64,000 bases of DNA from an uncultured Chthonomonadaceae bacterium (GCA_963835065.1 CAWIEK010000049.1:640001-704000); one strand, 5' to 3'; shown: positions 49,910-60,329, counted from the first letter of the stretch. Notes: a model not told the origin generated them from the sequence alone. Program-made: numbers and translations.

Positions 49910-51136
49910 TTATTGTTCGGCAGGCTTTGCTGATACAGAGGAAGTAGTCACAGCGGCTTGCGGCGTGGTGTTCAGAGCGAAAAAGTAAAGGCTGCGGCCT
50001 TTGCCGTCCGGCGTTTTGCTGGTCAAAATCAGCAGGCCGGGCGTTCCATCGCCGTGCGCGCTTTCCGTCACTACGTCGTAGATGTCGCCTTCCAGACGCG
50101 GCGTAAAGAACTGGTTTGCCATGCTCGGTTCGCGGGGATTGACGACGCCCACCTTCCAGCCCTGACTTACCAGTGTCAGTTTCGGCTTCGTCAGGCCGGT
50201 TGGATCGTTTTTCACGTCAATATCCTGATCCAAGTCCACATGGTAAAGCAATTGCTTGTTCAGTTTCGCCGCTGTCCATAAGCCGAGCAGCCCGCCCCGC
50301 GTCAGTTCCGCCGGCCAGCCGATTTTGTCGAAAAATTCGGGCGTGTCGCGCATGTCGAGTTGCGCCACCTGTCCGTCCGGCGTCGGGATAGGATCAATCA
50401 GCAAACTGGGATTGTTGAAATCAAGCCGGTACGCCTTCATATCGGTTGGCGAACTCGCCGCCAGTACGCGCTCCGTATTGTCCGTTTTCAGGCGGACGCT
50501 GCCCACAATGTTCAAAGACTGCGCGGCGTCCTTGCGAATATAGGTTTTGCCGTTCCATTGCCATGCGGAGCGTTCGGTCACGATCACGGTCTTGCCATCG
50601 GCTGTAAACTTGCCTGCCGCCAATTTTTCCGCGCTTCCGGGCGTATCCCCCGTGAACTCGGTGATGTACGCTTTGCCGTCCCATTTTTTCACGGTCAGGA
50701 CGCTGCTGTCTTTGGTGTCCGGCTTGACATTGAGCGTAATCAGGCGGGGAATGTGATCGCCTGCCACATCCGCAACGGCAATACGCCGCGCCGCGTCCGG
50801 CAGCATTTCCCGCGCCACGAACCGAAACAGGGCGGCGGGCGCATTGGGACGAACGCGGGGTTCCACGTAGCCGTCAAAGGAATGGTTGTGCGCCTGATAA
50901 TACGCGCCACGCTTATTGACATCCAGCGCCTCGCGCCTGCCCGTCTTGTCATCAATCGTGCCGGGACTGCCGCTGACATGGCAATACTGGCAGGCGCGGC
51001 CTTCCTTCTGCGCGTACTCCGCCGTCGCCTGTGCCGCTTGCCCGCTTCCCAATCCTAAAATCGCCAGCAGCATACAGGAAATTACAGGCAAAATACGGGA
51101 AGGTTCTGATTTTGCGTGGCTCAAAAATGCGAACAT
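49910..51136 (-). CDS. Secreted protein with single CxxCH heme motif
   Basis: Signal peptide, EYAQKEGRACQYCH, then a beta-rich domain. Confidence 0.65.
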   Translation of the reverse strand: MFAFLSHAKSEPSRILPVISCMLLAILGLGSGQAAQATAEYAQKEGRACQYCHVSGSPGTIDDKTGRREALDVNKRGAYYQAHNHSFDGYVEPRVRPNAPAALFRFVAREMLPDAARRIAVADVAGDHIPRLITLNVKPDTKDSSVLTVKKWDGKAYITEFTGDTPGSAEKLAAGKFTADGKTVIVTERSAWQWNGKTYIRKDAAQSLNIVGSVRLKTDNTERVLAASSPTDMKAYRLDFNNPSLLIDPIPTPDGQVAQLDMRDTPEFFDKIGWPAELTRGGLLGLWTAAKLNKQLLYHVDLDQDIDVKNDPTGLTKPKLTLVSQGWKVGVVNPREPSMANQFFTPRLEGDIYDVVTESAHGDGTPGLLILTSKTPDGKGRSLYFFALNTTPQAAVTTSSVSAKPAEQ

Positions 51137-51228
51137 ACAGCATGTCTCCAAAAGTGTCGGGCGTTCAACGTCGAATGTTTTTCTTCTCAACGTTCAACGC
51201 TCATCGCTTGCCGCTCAACGCTTCGTTC

Positions 51229-51861
51229 TTACCGTTCATCTTCTTGACGTATTGACGGCGTGGATTCGGAGGTGCGACTGGCAAGGTAATCGTGGAAAAA
51301 TTGGGAGGAGGCAGAATCTTTTTTTTGCAGTTGCGAAGGCTTGCGCAGGTAATAAGCAAAGGCTTCGGCAAAACCTTCCTCGTCCGAATCGCCCGCGTAT
51401 TCCGTTACCAGCCGATGCGCCCGCTTTTGCGAACGCCAGATTTGCGTATAGCGGGCGCGTTCCCGGTTCGTCAGCATTTCACCCCACACGAAATGCCCGT
51501 ACTCATGCGTAAACACCAATCCCGCCTGTTCGCCGCGCAAACTGTCGCACAGGGTAATAATGGGCGTATCGTCGTCCTCATCCCCGCTCTGATAACAGCC
51601 GTCCACAACCGAATCATCGTTGCGGTCCGCTTCGTCGCCTTCCAATCGGGCAATCAAGCGCTCCATTTCGCGGGGGGGCAGTTCCCGCAGTTTGATGTCG
51701 CGGCGCGTCTTCCACACGTCCGGCAGTTCGTTGTACAGGCGAAACCACTGCTCCGCATGGGGCGCGTCTTCCCGCACCTTCAACGAGGCTTGCGAAGATG
51801 CCATGCAGACAACGCTCAGGATCAGCAGCAGGGACGTGAACAACGCAACGCGCGTTCTCAT
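51229..51861 (-). CDS. Putative secreted zinc metallopeptidase
   Basis: HEYGH (HExxH) and downstream EGFAEAF; start uncertain. Confidence 0.65.
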   Translation of the reverse strand: MRTRVALFTSLLLILSVVCMASSQASLKVREDAPHAEQWFRLYNELPDVWKTRRDIKLRELPPREMERLIARLEGDEADRNDDSVVDGCYQSGDEDDDTPIITLCDSLRGEQAGLVFTHEYGHFVWGEMLTNRERARYTQIWRSQKRAHRLVTEYAGDSDEEGFAEAFAYYLRKPSQLQKKDSASSQFFHDYLASRTSESTPSIRQEDER

Positions 51862-52289
51862 TTGCACGGGTTTTGGCGGCGTGGAAGCGGGAGGAAGCGG
51901 CAGCGTCAGGCGCGGCAGGATATTTCCGGCACAAAGCGTTTGCCATGCAGCAAAAAAGCGTTTTAGCATCAACACTTGATTCCTTACACAAGACAAGTAG
52001 GGAGGGTGACAGCGCGAGCGCGTATCTTTCTCTCAGATGACATGCAGCAGGGCTGCCATTGGCTGCAATAGAACTTGCCTGTTTGTAAACACAGGCATCC
52101 AGTCCTGATTGCATTATACACGGATTTCAGGCAATTTAGCGCGGCTTCCAAACGAAAATGCCTGCCATTTTTGATCCCGACGCTTCCGGCGCGCGGTGGT
52201 CAACAAAATGGCAGGCATGGGGCAACAGCGTCAGGACTGCCGCCGACAAACGCAAGCCTATTTCAACTCGGCTTTACTTCTCGCCGATG

Positions 52290-52586
52290 TTACTTCTTGT
52301 CGGATTCGAGGGCGAGTTTGCACTCCGCGAGAGCCTGCTGCGTCAGGTCCATCGCCTTTTCGCGATGCCCGGCGAAATCATGCGCGGCATTTTGCAGGTT
52401 GTTTTTGGCCTGCTCCAGATTCCGCATGGCTTTGCGAATTTCCGGGTGGCGTTCCCCGCCCTTGCGCGGAGCCGGAATGGGCGTCTGTGCCGAAGCCGGG
52501 GTGATTTGCGGGATGATGAACGCTCCACTCAGCATCAGCAGCCCCGCCGTGCCAAGCGTAATGGTTTTGGATGTTTTGTTCCACAT
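52290..52586 (-). CDS. Small secreted helical protein
   Basis: Signal peptide; ERHPEIRKA..NL..A...L..A.HDFAGHR.KA. Confidence 0.7.
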   Translation of the reverse strand: MWNKTSKTITLGTAGLLMLSGAFIIPQITPASAQTPIPAPRKGGERHPEIRKAMRNLEQAKNNLQNAAHDFAGHREKAMDLTQQALAECKLALESDKK

Positions 52587-52988
52587 GGTTGTTTTTTCTC
52601 CACTTTGTTCGTTTTTACAATGCAGCAGCTCGATGAGCGATGTTGGTAAGAATTGCGCGTATTGCCCTACAACACCGTTCACAATCTTCGACGCAGGCCG
52701 AAAAGGAATGTTCAGTATTCCTAAAACAATTTTCATGCGCCCTGAACGTACTTGTCATAGAGAAGATATTTACGAGCAGACATTGGTGTTCCTGAGACTG
52801 TTGCCGTCAACTCTTTACGTCCGGCTGATTGACATGAAGCGGAATTCGGGCTATTATAGCAAAGCGAAATCGTTGATGCGGCGAAGGAACAGCAAACCTG
52901 CGCCTCGCCTGCAACGAACCTGCGCGAAGCCGACAACAAACACGCAGCAAGCCTGCGTTTAAGGCAGCAAGCCTGCATCTAATAAGGT

Positions 52989-54626
52989 ATGTTTATGAGT
53001 GAGCCGGAAAGAAAAGAAAAACCGACGGAAACCGACCCAATCAATTTAGAATCGCTGTTTGCGCCCGTGCCGAACGCGGAAACGCACTGGCAGCGTTTTG
53101 AAGAACTGGTGCAGAACGACGCGCAGCACTTTTTTGATGGCGTCGGCCCCATCGCCGGGGCGCGCGCTCCAGGACGTTTGGACGTGATGGGCGGCGTAGC
53201 CGATTATTCCGGCAGCCTGGTGCTGGAAATGCCGATTGCCCATGCCTGCTGCGCCGCGATCCAATGGCGCAGTGATCGCGTTTTGCGCGTCCGCAGTTTG
53301 GGCGCGACGGCGGAAGGCTTCGCGCAGGATGTTACGGTTCCTCTCACGGACTTGCTGAATGACGATGGCTTGCCCCGCGCCCCTGAAGACGTTCGCGCCC
53401 GACTGACCGGCGATCCACAAACGCGCTGGGCCAGTTACGTTGTCGGCTGTTTTTACGTCATGCTTGCCGCCTATGCCAAAGCGCCCACAACCGCCCGCGA
53501 GGACGCGCGTTTGGGCGAATCGGGCGCAAACATCTTAATATGGAGCGAAGTGCCGCTTGGCGCGGGCGTGTCATCATCCGCCGCTCTCGAAGTCGCCACC
53601 ATGCACGCCCTGAGCGAAGCCGCCGGTATCCATCCCAGCGACCTGACTCTCGCCTCATGGTGTCAGCGCGTGGAAAACACCATTGTCGGCGCTCCATGCG
53701 GCATCATGGATCAGGTCACGTCCGCGCTTGGCCGCCAAAACGCGCTCCTTGCTCTGCGCTGCCAGCCCCACGATTTACTCGGCAACCAACAGCTTCCGCC
53801 CGGCTGGCGGCTTGTCGGCATTGACAGCCGCGTGAAACATTCCGTCGGGGGCAGTCACTACACGCAGGCGCGGGTAGGCGCGTTTATGGGCTTGAAGGTA
53901 ATCCAACTGGAAAGCGGCGGCAAATTGCTGGAAAACTACCTGTGCAAAATGAAGCCGGATGAATTCGCAAAGTACCGCGACCTGATTCCTGAAACCATTA
54001 CGGGCGCGGAGTACCATGAACTGTATGGCCGCCTGCCCGATCTTGTCACCCGCGTTGACCCTGAAGCGACGTACCATCCCCGCGCCTGCGCCGAGCATCC
54101 CATACTGGAAAACGAGCGCGTCGGCACGTTCATCGCCTTAATGCACATCGCCAGCCTCCGCGCCGAAGAACAGCTTAACGAAGCGCCGCGCGGCGCGACA
54201 CAGGACAACAAGGAAGCCGCAACGGAAATGGCTCCTGCACCCGACGCGCAACTGCGCCCTGACGCCCTTCACGCGAACACCCTGCACGGCGATCCGCAAT
54301 TGCTGCGCCAGGCGGGACAGTTGATGTACGCCAGCCACGCCTCCTACGGTGAGCGGCTCCATCTCGGTTCGCCGGAAACCGACCTGCTGGTAGAATTGAT
54401 ACGCGAACGGGGCGAAGCGCGCGGTTTGTACGGCGCAAGAATCACGGGCGGCGGCGCGGGCGGCACGGTTGCCGTCCTGTGCGCGGACAATTCGCCCGAT
54501 GTGGACGCCGCGCTTGTGGAAATCTGCCGCGAGTACCACGCCCGCACCGACATCACGCCCCGCGCCTTTGTCGGCAGCTCGCCCGGCGCCATCCTCTTCG
54601 GCGCGCGGCAAATCATGCGAGGATAA
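52989..54626 (+). CDS. GHMP kinase (galactokinase/L-arabinokinase-like)
   Basis: RAPGRLDVMGG, VPLGAGVSSSAA, CGIMDQ, GARITGGGAGG. Confidence 0.9.
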   Translation: MFMSEPERKEKPTETDPINLESLFAPVPNAETHWQRFEELVQNDAQHFFDGVGPIAGARAPGRLDVMGGVADYSGSLVLEMPIAHACCAAIQWRSDRVLRVRSLGATAEGFAQDVTVPLTDLLNDDGLPRAPEDVRARLTGDPQTRWASYVVGCFYVMLAAYAKAPTTAREDARLGESGANILIWSEVPLGAGVSSSAALEVATMHALSEAAGIHPSDLTLASWCQRVENTIVGAPCGIMDQVTSALGRQNALLALRCQPHDLLGNQQLPPGWRLVGIDSRVKHSVGGSHYTQARVGAFMGLKVIQLESGGKLLENYLCKMKPDEFAKYRDLIPETITGAEYHELYGRLPDLVTRVDPEATYHPRACAEHPILENERVGTFIALMHIASLRAEEQLNEAPRGATQDNKEAATEMAPAPDAQLRPDALHANTLHGDPQLLRQAGQLMYASHASYGERLHLGSPETDLLVELIRERGEARGLYGARITGGGAGGTVAVLCADNSPDVDAALVEICREYHARTDITPRAFVGSSPGAILFGARQIMRG

Positions 54627-54636
54627 AAAAAGAGTA

Positions 54637-54940
54637 AACCACGGGGAACACGGGGAACACGGGGAGGAGAGGGGGAGGAACAGGAAAGACAAACCGCGAA
54701 AGATACGAAATAAACGAAAAGAAACGTGTAAAGGAAATAGACAGGATTAAAAGGATTGTCAGGATTAAACAGGATTACAAACAGGAGGGGGTACGCTTCT
54801 GCTGTTCCTATCCCTGTTCATCCGTTTTATCCGTTTCATCCGTGGTTTGATCTTTTGGATTTTCCTTTTTTCGTTTTGGTTCGTGTATTTCGCGGTTCCT
54901 CCCTCCCCTTGCCTTTCTCCTCCCCGTGTTCCCCGTGGTT
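54637..54940. repeat. Three nested inverted pairs of ~9-mer tandem repeats
   Basis: (cacggggaa)n/(ttccccgtg)n outermost; cgcgaaa..acgaaa/tttcgt..tttcgcg in the middle; caggatt/atccgt innermost. Confidence 0.8.
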
Positions 54941-54960
54941 AATACGTATTGGAGGTTGAT

Positions 54961-55953
54961 GTGAACAAGATACGCAAAGCAGTGATTACGGCAGCGGGAC
55001 GGGGTACGCGGATGTATCCCGCCACCACGACCATACAAAAAGAGATGCTGCCCGTGATGGATCGGGACGGCATTTGCAAGCCGGCGATCCAGATTATCAT
55101 CGAAGAAGCGCTTGACAGCGGCATTGAGGAAGTGTGCCTCGTCGTCAATCCGCACAATCGCGCGCAGATCGAGCAGCATTTCGCGCCGCTTTCGCCCGAA
55201 GAACTGCGCTTGTTCAAAGGCAAGGATTGGGCGCTGCTGCAATCGGCGCGAATCCAGCAAATCGCGTCGCGCCTGCATTTCGTGGTGCAGGAAAGCCCGG
55301 AAGGTTACGGCCATGCGGTCTACCAATCGCAGAGTTTTGTGGGGGATGAGCCGTTTCTAGTGATGTTGGGCGACCATATTTTTACCGCAGGCGGCAGCAA
55401 GCGGTGCGCTCGGCAGATTTTAGACGTATATGAGTTATATCAGGCCAGCGTTTCCGCCGTACAGCAGACGCCCACGGAACTGCTGCACCTGTTCGGCACG
55501 GTATGCGGGCAGCGTCTGGAAGAAAGCGTGGAACACGGCCAGAACGTTTACGATGTGGAAGCGATTTACGAGAAGCCGACGCCACAGTACGCCGAGGAGC
55601 ATTTGCGGCAGGCGGGCCTATTGCACGGCATGTACCTGTGCTTCTTCGGGATGCACATTATGACGCCACAGATTTTCGACTGCTTGAAGTACGCGATGGA
55701 CAACGACCTGCGCGAAAAGGGCGAGTTTCAGTTTACGAGCGCGCAGGAGCGCTTGCGCGCGTCGGGCGAACGCTACCTTGCCTTTGAAGCCGTAGGCGAA
55801 CGCCACGACATCGGCATCCCGTTCGGCTACGCGCAAACGCAGGCCGCCCTCGCGCTCAACAGCATCTACAAGGAGCAGATGCTTTCCGCCCTGGTACGCG
55901 CCCTCGCCGTCCCGCAGCAGTCCATCCCCGAAGCCTTCCGCGATAATGCGTGA
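54961..55953 (+). CDS. Sugar-1-phosphate nucleotidyltransferase (GalU-like)
   Basis: IRKAVITAAGRGTRMYPAT...KEMLP, GYGHAV, LGDH, EKP. Confidence 0.88.
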   Translation: MNKIRKAVITAAGRGTRMYPATTTIQKEMLPVMDRDGICKPAIQIIIEEALDSGIEEVCLVVNPHNRAQIEQHFAPLSPEELRLFKGKDWALLQSARIQQIASRLHFVVQESPEGYGHAVYQSQSFVGDEPFLVMLGDHIFTAGGSKRCARQILDVYELYQASVSAVQQTPTELLHLFGTVCGQRLEESVEHGQNVYDVEAIYEKPTPQYAEEHLRQAGLLHGMYLCFFGMHIMTPQIFDCLKYAMDNDLREKGEFQFTSAQERLRASGERYLAFEAVGERHDIGIPFGYAQTQAALALNSIYKEQMLSALVRALAVPQQSIPEAFRDNA

Positions 55954-56041
55954 GGAAGGGGTAAGGATAGAAAAAAAGAAAAGAAGACAGAAGCCGAACA
56001 CCCGAATACCCGAATACCTGAACACCGAATATCCTACGACA

Positions 56042-56983
56042 ATGATGTCTCACCTACTATCCCTTGAAGGACGTGATGTGGAGTCACCTATCCATGATCA
56101 TTTCGATGCGCAGAAGCATCTGAATGTGCTGCGCGCTTTCCTGCCTGCCTCCGACGGCGCTGCGCTGGACAGAATTTTTGCTGTCGCTGTCCGCGCTCAT
56201 GCGGGGCAGTTCCGAACGGCGGAAACCGAAGCGGTTGCTACGCCCTACATCATGCACCCCTTGCGCGTGGCGCGTATTGTGGCGGAAGAGTGGCAGCGTC
56301 CCGATATGCAAACGATTGCCGCTTGCCTGCTTCACGACGTTCTGGAAGACTGCCCGCGAGACCGGCGCGGAACGTATGAGCAGGATATTATTCGGGAAGC
56401 CGGAAAAGAGGTTTACCACGCGGTCGAAACGCTGACCAAGCCAATGGCCGGCCCGCGCGAAGTGCAGGCCGCCCGCGAAGCGCGTTATTTCGCCGAACTT
56501 CGCAAGGCGGGCGCGTGGGTGCGGCTGGTGAAACTGGCGGATCGCGTGGACAACCTGCGGGATGCGCTGGCGTGGGGGAATGTGGAGTTTTGGACGCGCT
56601 ACAGCAACGAAACCATCGGCTGGCATCTATTTCTGGCGCGGCAAACGTCGCCCTTGGCGGAAGCCGCCTTGTTCCGCGCTCTCGTGGAGGGGGAACGCGC
56701 CCTGCGCGGACGCGCGCCCGTGTGGGCGGACGGTTTTTTGATTGACCCGCGCGCCGCTTCCCTGATCCCGGAACACATCGCCCGCGCCCACGAGATTATC
56801 GGCCTGGCGGTTCAGGGGGAAACGCTGATTGTCGGCGTCCGGGACAAGAACAATACGCTCGCCCTTCACGCCGCGCGCATGGCGGCAGGCCATGAAGTAA
56901 AAAACGTTCATCCTATCCAAATCAGCGCCGACGCGATGCAGGACGCGCTTCAAGCCGGGCTATTTGGCTCCGTAACCTGCTGA
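56042..56983 (+). CDS. HD-domain (RelA/SpoT hydrolase-like) protein with C-terminal GspE_N-like domain
   Basis: AH.GQ.R...PYIMHPLRVA, LLHDVLED, VKLADRVDNL; start uncertain. Confidence 0.75.
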   Translation: MMSHLLSLEGRDVESPIHDHFDAQKHLNVLRAFLPASDGAALDRIFAVAVRAHAGQFRTAETEAVATPYIMHPLRVARIVAEEWQRPDMQTIAACLLHDVLEDCPRDRRGTYEQDIIREAGKEVYHAVETLTKPMAGPREVQAAREARYFAELRKAGAWVRLVKLADRVDNLRDALAWGNVEFWTRYSNETIGWHLFLARQTSPLAEAALFRALVEGERALRGRAPVWADGFLIDPRAASLIPEHIARAHEIIGLAVQGETLIVGVRDKNNTLALHAARMAAGHEVKNVHPIQISADAMQDALQAGLFGSVTC

Positions 56984-57052
56984 ACAAACGCGTTAATAAA
57001 ATCGCCCGCTTATATTTGTTCTAAACACATTGGCAAGGAAACCCAAATACTC

Positions 57053-57997
57053 GTGAATGAACACGTTCCCGCTCGCTTGCTTGGCGCGCACATGCCTACA
57101 ACCGGCGGATTACACAACAGTCTGCTTGGCGGGCATAAAATCGGCTGTAATGTGGTGCAGTTGTTCACTGCCAACCCAAAACAATGGCAGCATCCGCCGT
57201 TGAGCAATGAAATCATTGCCGCCTTCCGCAACGCGCAGGAACAAACCGGGATTGCGTCTACGGTTTCGCACAACTCGTATCTCATCAATTTAGCCGCGCC
57301 CACTCTGGAAACGCTCGTTAAATCCCGCGCGGCATTTCGGGCGGAACTGGATCGCGCGCATCTTTTGGGCATTCCCTGGGTCGTGACGCACATGGGGGCG
57401 CATCTGGATCAGGGCGAAGACGAAGCCATGACGCGGCTTGTGGACAGCCTGAAGCAGGTTCTGGAAGATACGGAAAAAGCGGGCTATACGGTGGGCATCG
57501 CGCTGGAAACAACGGCGGGACAGGGTACGGGATTGGGCTGGCAGTTTGAGCAGTTAGGGCGTATTTTGCGCGAAGTCGGGCCGAACCCGCGCCTGGGCGT
57601 TTGTTTGGATACATGCCATATCTTTGCCGCCGGTTACGACCTGCGCGATCAAGCCGCTTACGCGCAAACAATGGCGGCTTTTGACCGCTTGATCGGGCTG
57701 GAAAATCTCAAGGTGATCCACGCCAACGACTGCCAGAAACCACTCGGCTGCCGCGTGGATCGCCACTCCCATATCGGCGAGGGGCAGATCGGCATGGAAG
57801 CGTTTGGAAGTCTGGTGACGGACGCGCGTTTGCGGCATGTTCCCGTTCTCGTGGAAACGCCCGAATCGGAAACCATGCATGCCGTCAACCTTTCCCGCTT
57901 GCAGCAATTGGCGCGCGGCGAAACGCCTATAATTGCCGACAACAGCGCCAACGCCATTACAGCCGCCGCTTCGGAACCAACGGAGGCCAGCGCATGA
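57053..57997 (+). CDS. nfo: Endonuclease IV
   Basis: LGAH, QLF..NP, H.SYLINLA, LETTAGQG, CLDTCH.FAAGYD, DRH.HIGEG.IG. Confidence 0.95.
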   Translation: MNEHVPARLLGAHMPTTGGLHNSLLGGHKIGCNVVQLFTANPKQWQHPPLSNEIIAAFRNAQEQTGIASTVSHNSYLINLAAPTLETLVKSRAAFRAELDRAHLLGIPWVVTHMGAHLDQGEDEAMTRLVDSLKQVLEDTEKAGYTVGIALETTAGQGTGLGWQFEQLGRILREVGPNPRLGVCLDTCHIFAAGYDLRDQAAYAQTMAAFDRLIGLENLKVIHANDCQKPLGCRVDRHSHIGEGQIGMEAFGSLVTDARLRHVPVLVETPESETMHAVNLSRLQQLARGETPIIADNSANAITAAASEPTEASA

Positions 57998-58239
57998 CCA
58001 TTAATGTCCTTTTTTTCGGCCATTACAGCGACTATTCCAACGACGAACCCTTTGCAATCACGCTTGCCGACAGTGCAACAGTGCGCGACCTGGCGCAAGC
58101 CCTTGCCGAACGCGATACGCGCCTGTCCAACCTCGCGTCCCATTGCCGCTTCGCCGTGAATGAGGAATATGCCTCCTTAGACCAACTCTTGCAGGAAGGA
58201 AGCACGGTTGCGGTTCTTCCTCCGATGAGCGGTGGCTAA
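57994..58239 (+). CDS. moaD: MoaD/ThiS sulfur carrier
   Basis: VLFFG...AVNEEY...VAVLPPMSGG terminus. Confidence 0.92.
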   Translation: MTINVLFFGHYSDYSNDEPFAITLADSATVRDLAQALAERDTRLSNLASHCRFAVNEEYASLDQLLQEGSTVAVLPPMSGG

Positions 58240-58375
58240 TGTTGGTGGCTGGTAAGGGTTCGTAAAAGAACAAGTTCCCGAATATAGGTAGTGGCGTTGC
58301 TTGCTGCGCCCAAGATGGTGGGAAGTTATAGTTTAACGAACCCTAAGCATGGGCGCAATTTGCAGGAGTTTCTCA

Positions 58376-58804
58376 TTGGCTGAAGCAAGAATTGAAGCAG
58401 CAGTTATTGATACCGCCGCCTTGGAAGCGCAAGTGGCCGATGCCGCCAATGGCGCGGTCTGTACCTTCATTGGGCAGGTGCGCCGCAACTCGCGCGGACG
58501 CGAAGTAGCCTACCTCGAATACAACGCTTACGTGCCGCTGGCGCAAAAGCAGATGCAGCGCCTTGCCGAAGAAGCCGAAACGCGCTGGAATTGTCAGGTC
58601 GTGATGCAGCACCGCATCGGACGCCTTGAATTAGGCGAGGCCAGCATCGTGATTTGCGTTGGCTCCCCCCATCGCGCGGCAGCCTTCGAAGCCTGCCGCT
58701 GGTGCATTGACACGCTGAAAGAAACCGTGCCGATCTGGAAACGAGAAGTGTGTCCCGATGGCGCGTTTTGGATTGAGGGGGAGAACGCGATTCAACAAGG
58801 ATGA
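58376..58804 (+). CDS. moaE: Molybdopterin synthase catalytic subunit
   Basis: GAVCTFIGQVR, LEY.AY, HRIG.L..GE, HRAAAF, LK..VPIWKRE. Confidence 0.95.
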   Translation: MAEARIEAAVIDTAALEAQVADAANGAVCTFIGQVRRNSRGREVAYLEYNAYVPLAQKQMQRLAEEAETRWNCQVVMQHRIGRLELGEASIVICVGSPHRAAAFEACRWCIDTLKETVPIWKREVCPDGAFWIEGENAIQQG

Positions 58805-58913
58805 AGGATGAAGGATGAAATTTACTTTTCCTTGCAACATCGCTTCGGATAAATAGAAAGCGGGCTGCCAAAAACCATAGTCAAGGATGATTAGTTCTTC
58901 ATCCTTCATCCTT
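58797..58913. repeat. Inverted heptamer-array hairpin element (GGATGAA)n
   Basis: (aggatga)3 including the moaE TGA ... (ttcatcc)2. Confidence 0.75.
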
Positions 58914-58928
58914 GTTCTGGAGTCGCTC

Positions 58929-59525
58929 ATGGGACGCATGCTCATGCTGATTGTAGTCGCCGGAAGCACCTGCGCCCTGGTGCTGTGGCTGATTGCGCCC
59001 CGCTTGTTTCCATCAAGCAACTCTCCTGCCCCAACCGCGCCTGTTCAGGGAACAGGGAACAGGGAACAGGGAACAGAAGAGAAGACAGAAGACAGAAGAC
59101 AGAAGGCAGAAGACGCTCAATCCACAATCGGCAATCGGCAATCGGCAGTTGAAAATCCCTCTACCCGCGCCCTTCCTAACCTCGCGCCTGTACAAACGCC
59201 CGAACAAAAAGCGGTCAACGATTATGAAGCGCAGCGCGCGCCGTTTTATACCCTGCTGCGGCAGCAATGCGGCGATATTGTCATCGAAGGCCGGCCCGCG
59301 CTGGAAGACCGCTCCATACTGGTATTGTATGCAACGCGGCGTGACAATACCATCATTACCGACCTGCTTACCCGCGTCGTCAATCCCTATGCGTATGCCT
59401 ACGGGTTTCGCCACGTCCGCTTCTACCTGCCCAACCCGCGCGGCAGCATCGAACATTATCAGCTTGCTGCGGAAGCCAACTCGGACGGCAACGGGCACTG
59501 GCAGGCGTTTCAGCACGGCTCCTGA
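58929..59525 (+). CDS. Membrane-anchored hypothetical protein with heptamer-repeat-derived linker
   Basis: N-terminal TM; the GNREQ/TEDRRQK/IGNRQS linker is encoded by heptamer runs. Confidence 0.65.
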   Translation: MGRMLMLIVVAGSTCALVLWLIAPRLFPSSNSPAPTAPVQGTGNREQGTEEKTEDRRQKAEDAQSTIGNRQSAVENPSTRALPNLAPVQTPEQKAVNDYEAQRAPFYTLLRQQCGDIVIEGRPALEDRSILVLYATRRDNTIITDLLTRVVNPYAYAYGFRHVRFYLPNPRGSIEHYQLAAEANSDGNGHWQAFQHGS

Positions 59526-59584
59526 CAGGATTTTACATTGAGCATATTCATGTTGCTGTAGTGCGATTTACCGGGAGAAACATC

Positions 59585-60229
59585 ATGGCAAACCTTTTAC
59601 TGGAATGTGAAACCGAACAAAATGTGGAAGCCCGCATTGTCCACGTTGGCGAACGGCCTATTCCCTTTGACCACTTTTTGTGCATGGCGGAAGGCCATTT
59701 CGTCGAATTGGTGAAGGGCGTCATTGTGGAGAAACCGATGATACAACTGGATCATGAACGCTGTTCGCGTTGGCTTTACAGCGTCGTATGGCCTTATGTG
59801 AATAAACTCGGATTAGGAGAGATGCTGAGTTCGCGGATCATGGTCAAGACAGACACGTTCGGCGGCAGAATGCCTGATTTGCTTTTTGTGCGGCAGGAAC
59901 GCATGGAAATCGTACAGCAGCAAGCCGTTCGTGGCGCTCCTGATCTGGTGATTGAAATTGCTTCGCCCAATGACCGCCCCTCGCATTTACGGGAACTGGA
60001 AGCCGAGTATTACTTGCTCGGCGTCCCGGAACTGGTTTTCATCCATTTGCGCAAACAGGAAATCCGCCTGTTGCGGCGTGGCGAAGAAGGCTACGCGGAA
60101 ACGATTATTACTGATGGGCCAGTCACGTTCGCCGCGCTGCCCGGCCTGACTTTGCAAGCCGAATGGATACTGCAAGAACCCCGTCCCGATGTTTATGATA
60201 CTCTGACGATGCTGCTGACGCAGTTCTAA
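59585..60229 (+). CDS. Uma2 family endonuclease
   Basis: ELVKG, RMPDLLFV, GAPDLVIEIASP, GVPE. Confidence 0.88.
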   Translation: MANLLLECETEQNVEARIVHVGERPIPFDHFLCMAEGHFVELVKGVIVEKPMIQLDHERCSRWLYSVVWPYVNKLGLGEMLSSRIMVKTDTFGGRMPDLLFVRQERMEIVQQQAVRGAPDLVIEIASPNDRPSHLRELEAEYYLLGVPELVFIHLRKQEIRLLRRGEEGYAETIITDGPVTFAALPGLTLQAEWILQEPRPDVYDTLTMLLTQF

Positions 60230-60329
60230 CTTCTTAAATGCACAAAGAGCGTGGAAGTCTATTTTCGAGTGCAACAGGTCACACGACTATTTTCTACAGG
60301 CGCGTTGCCAACAAGACAGGAGCAAGACC

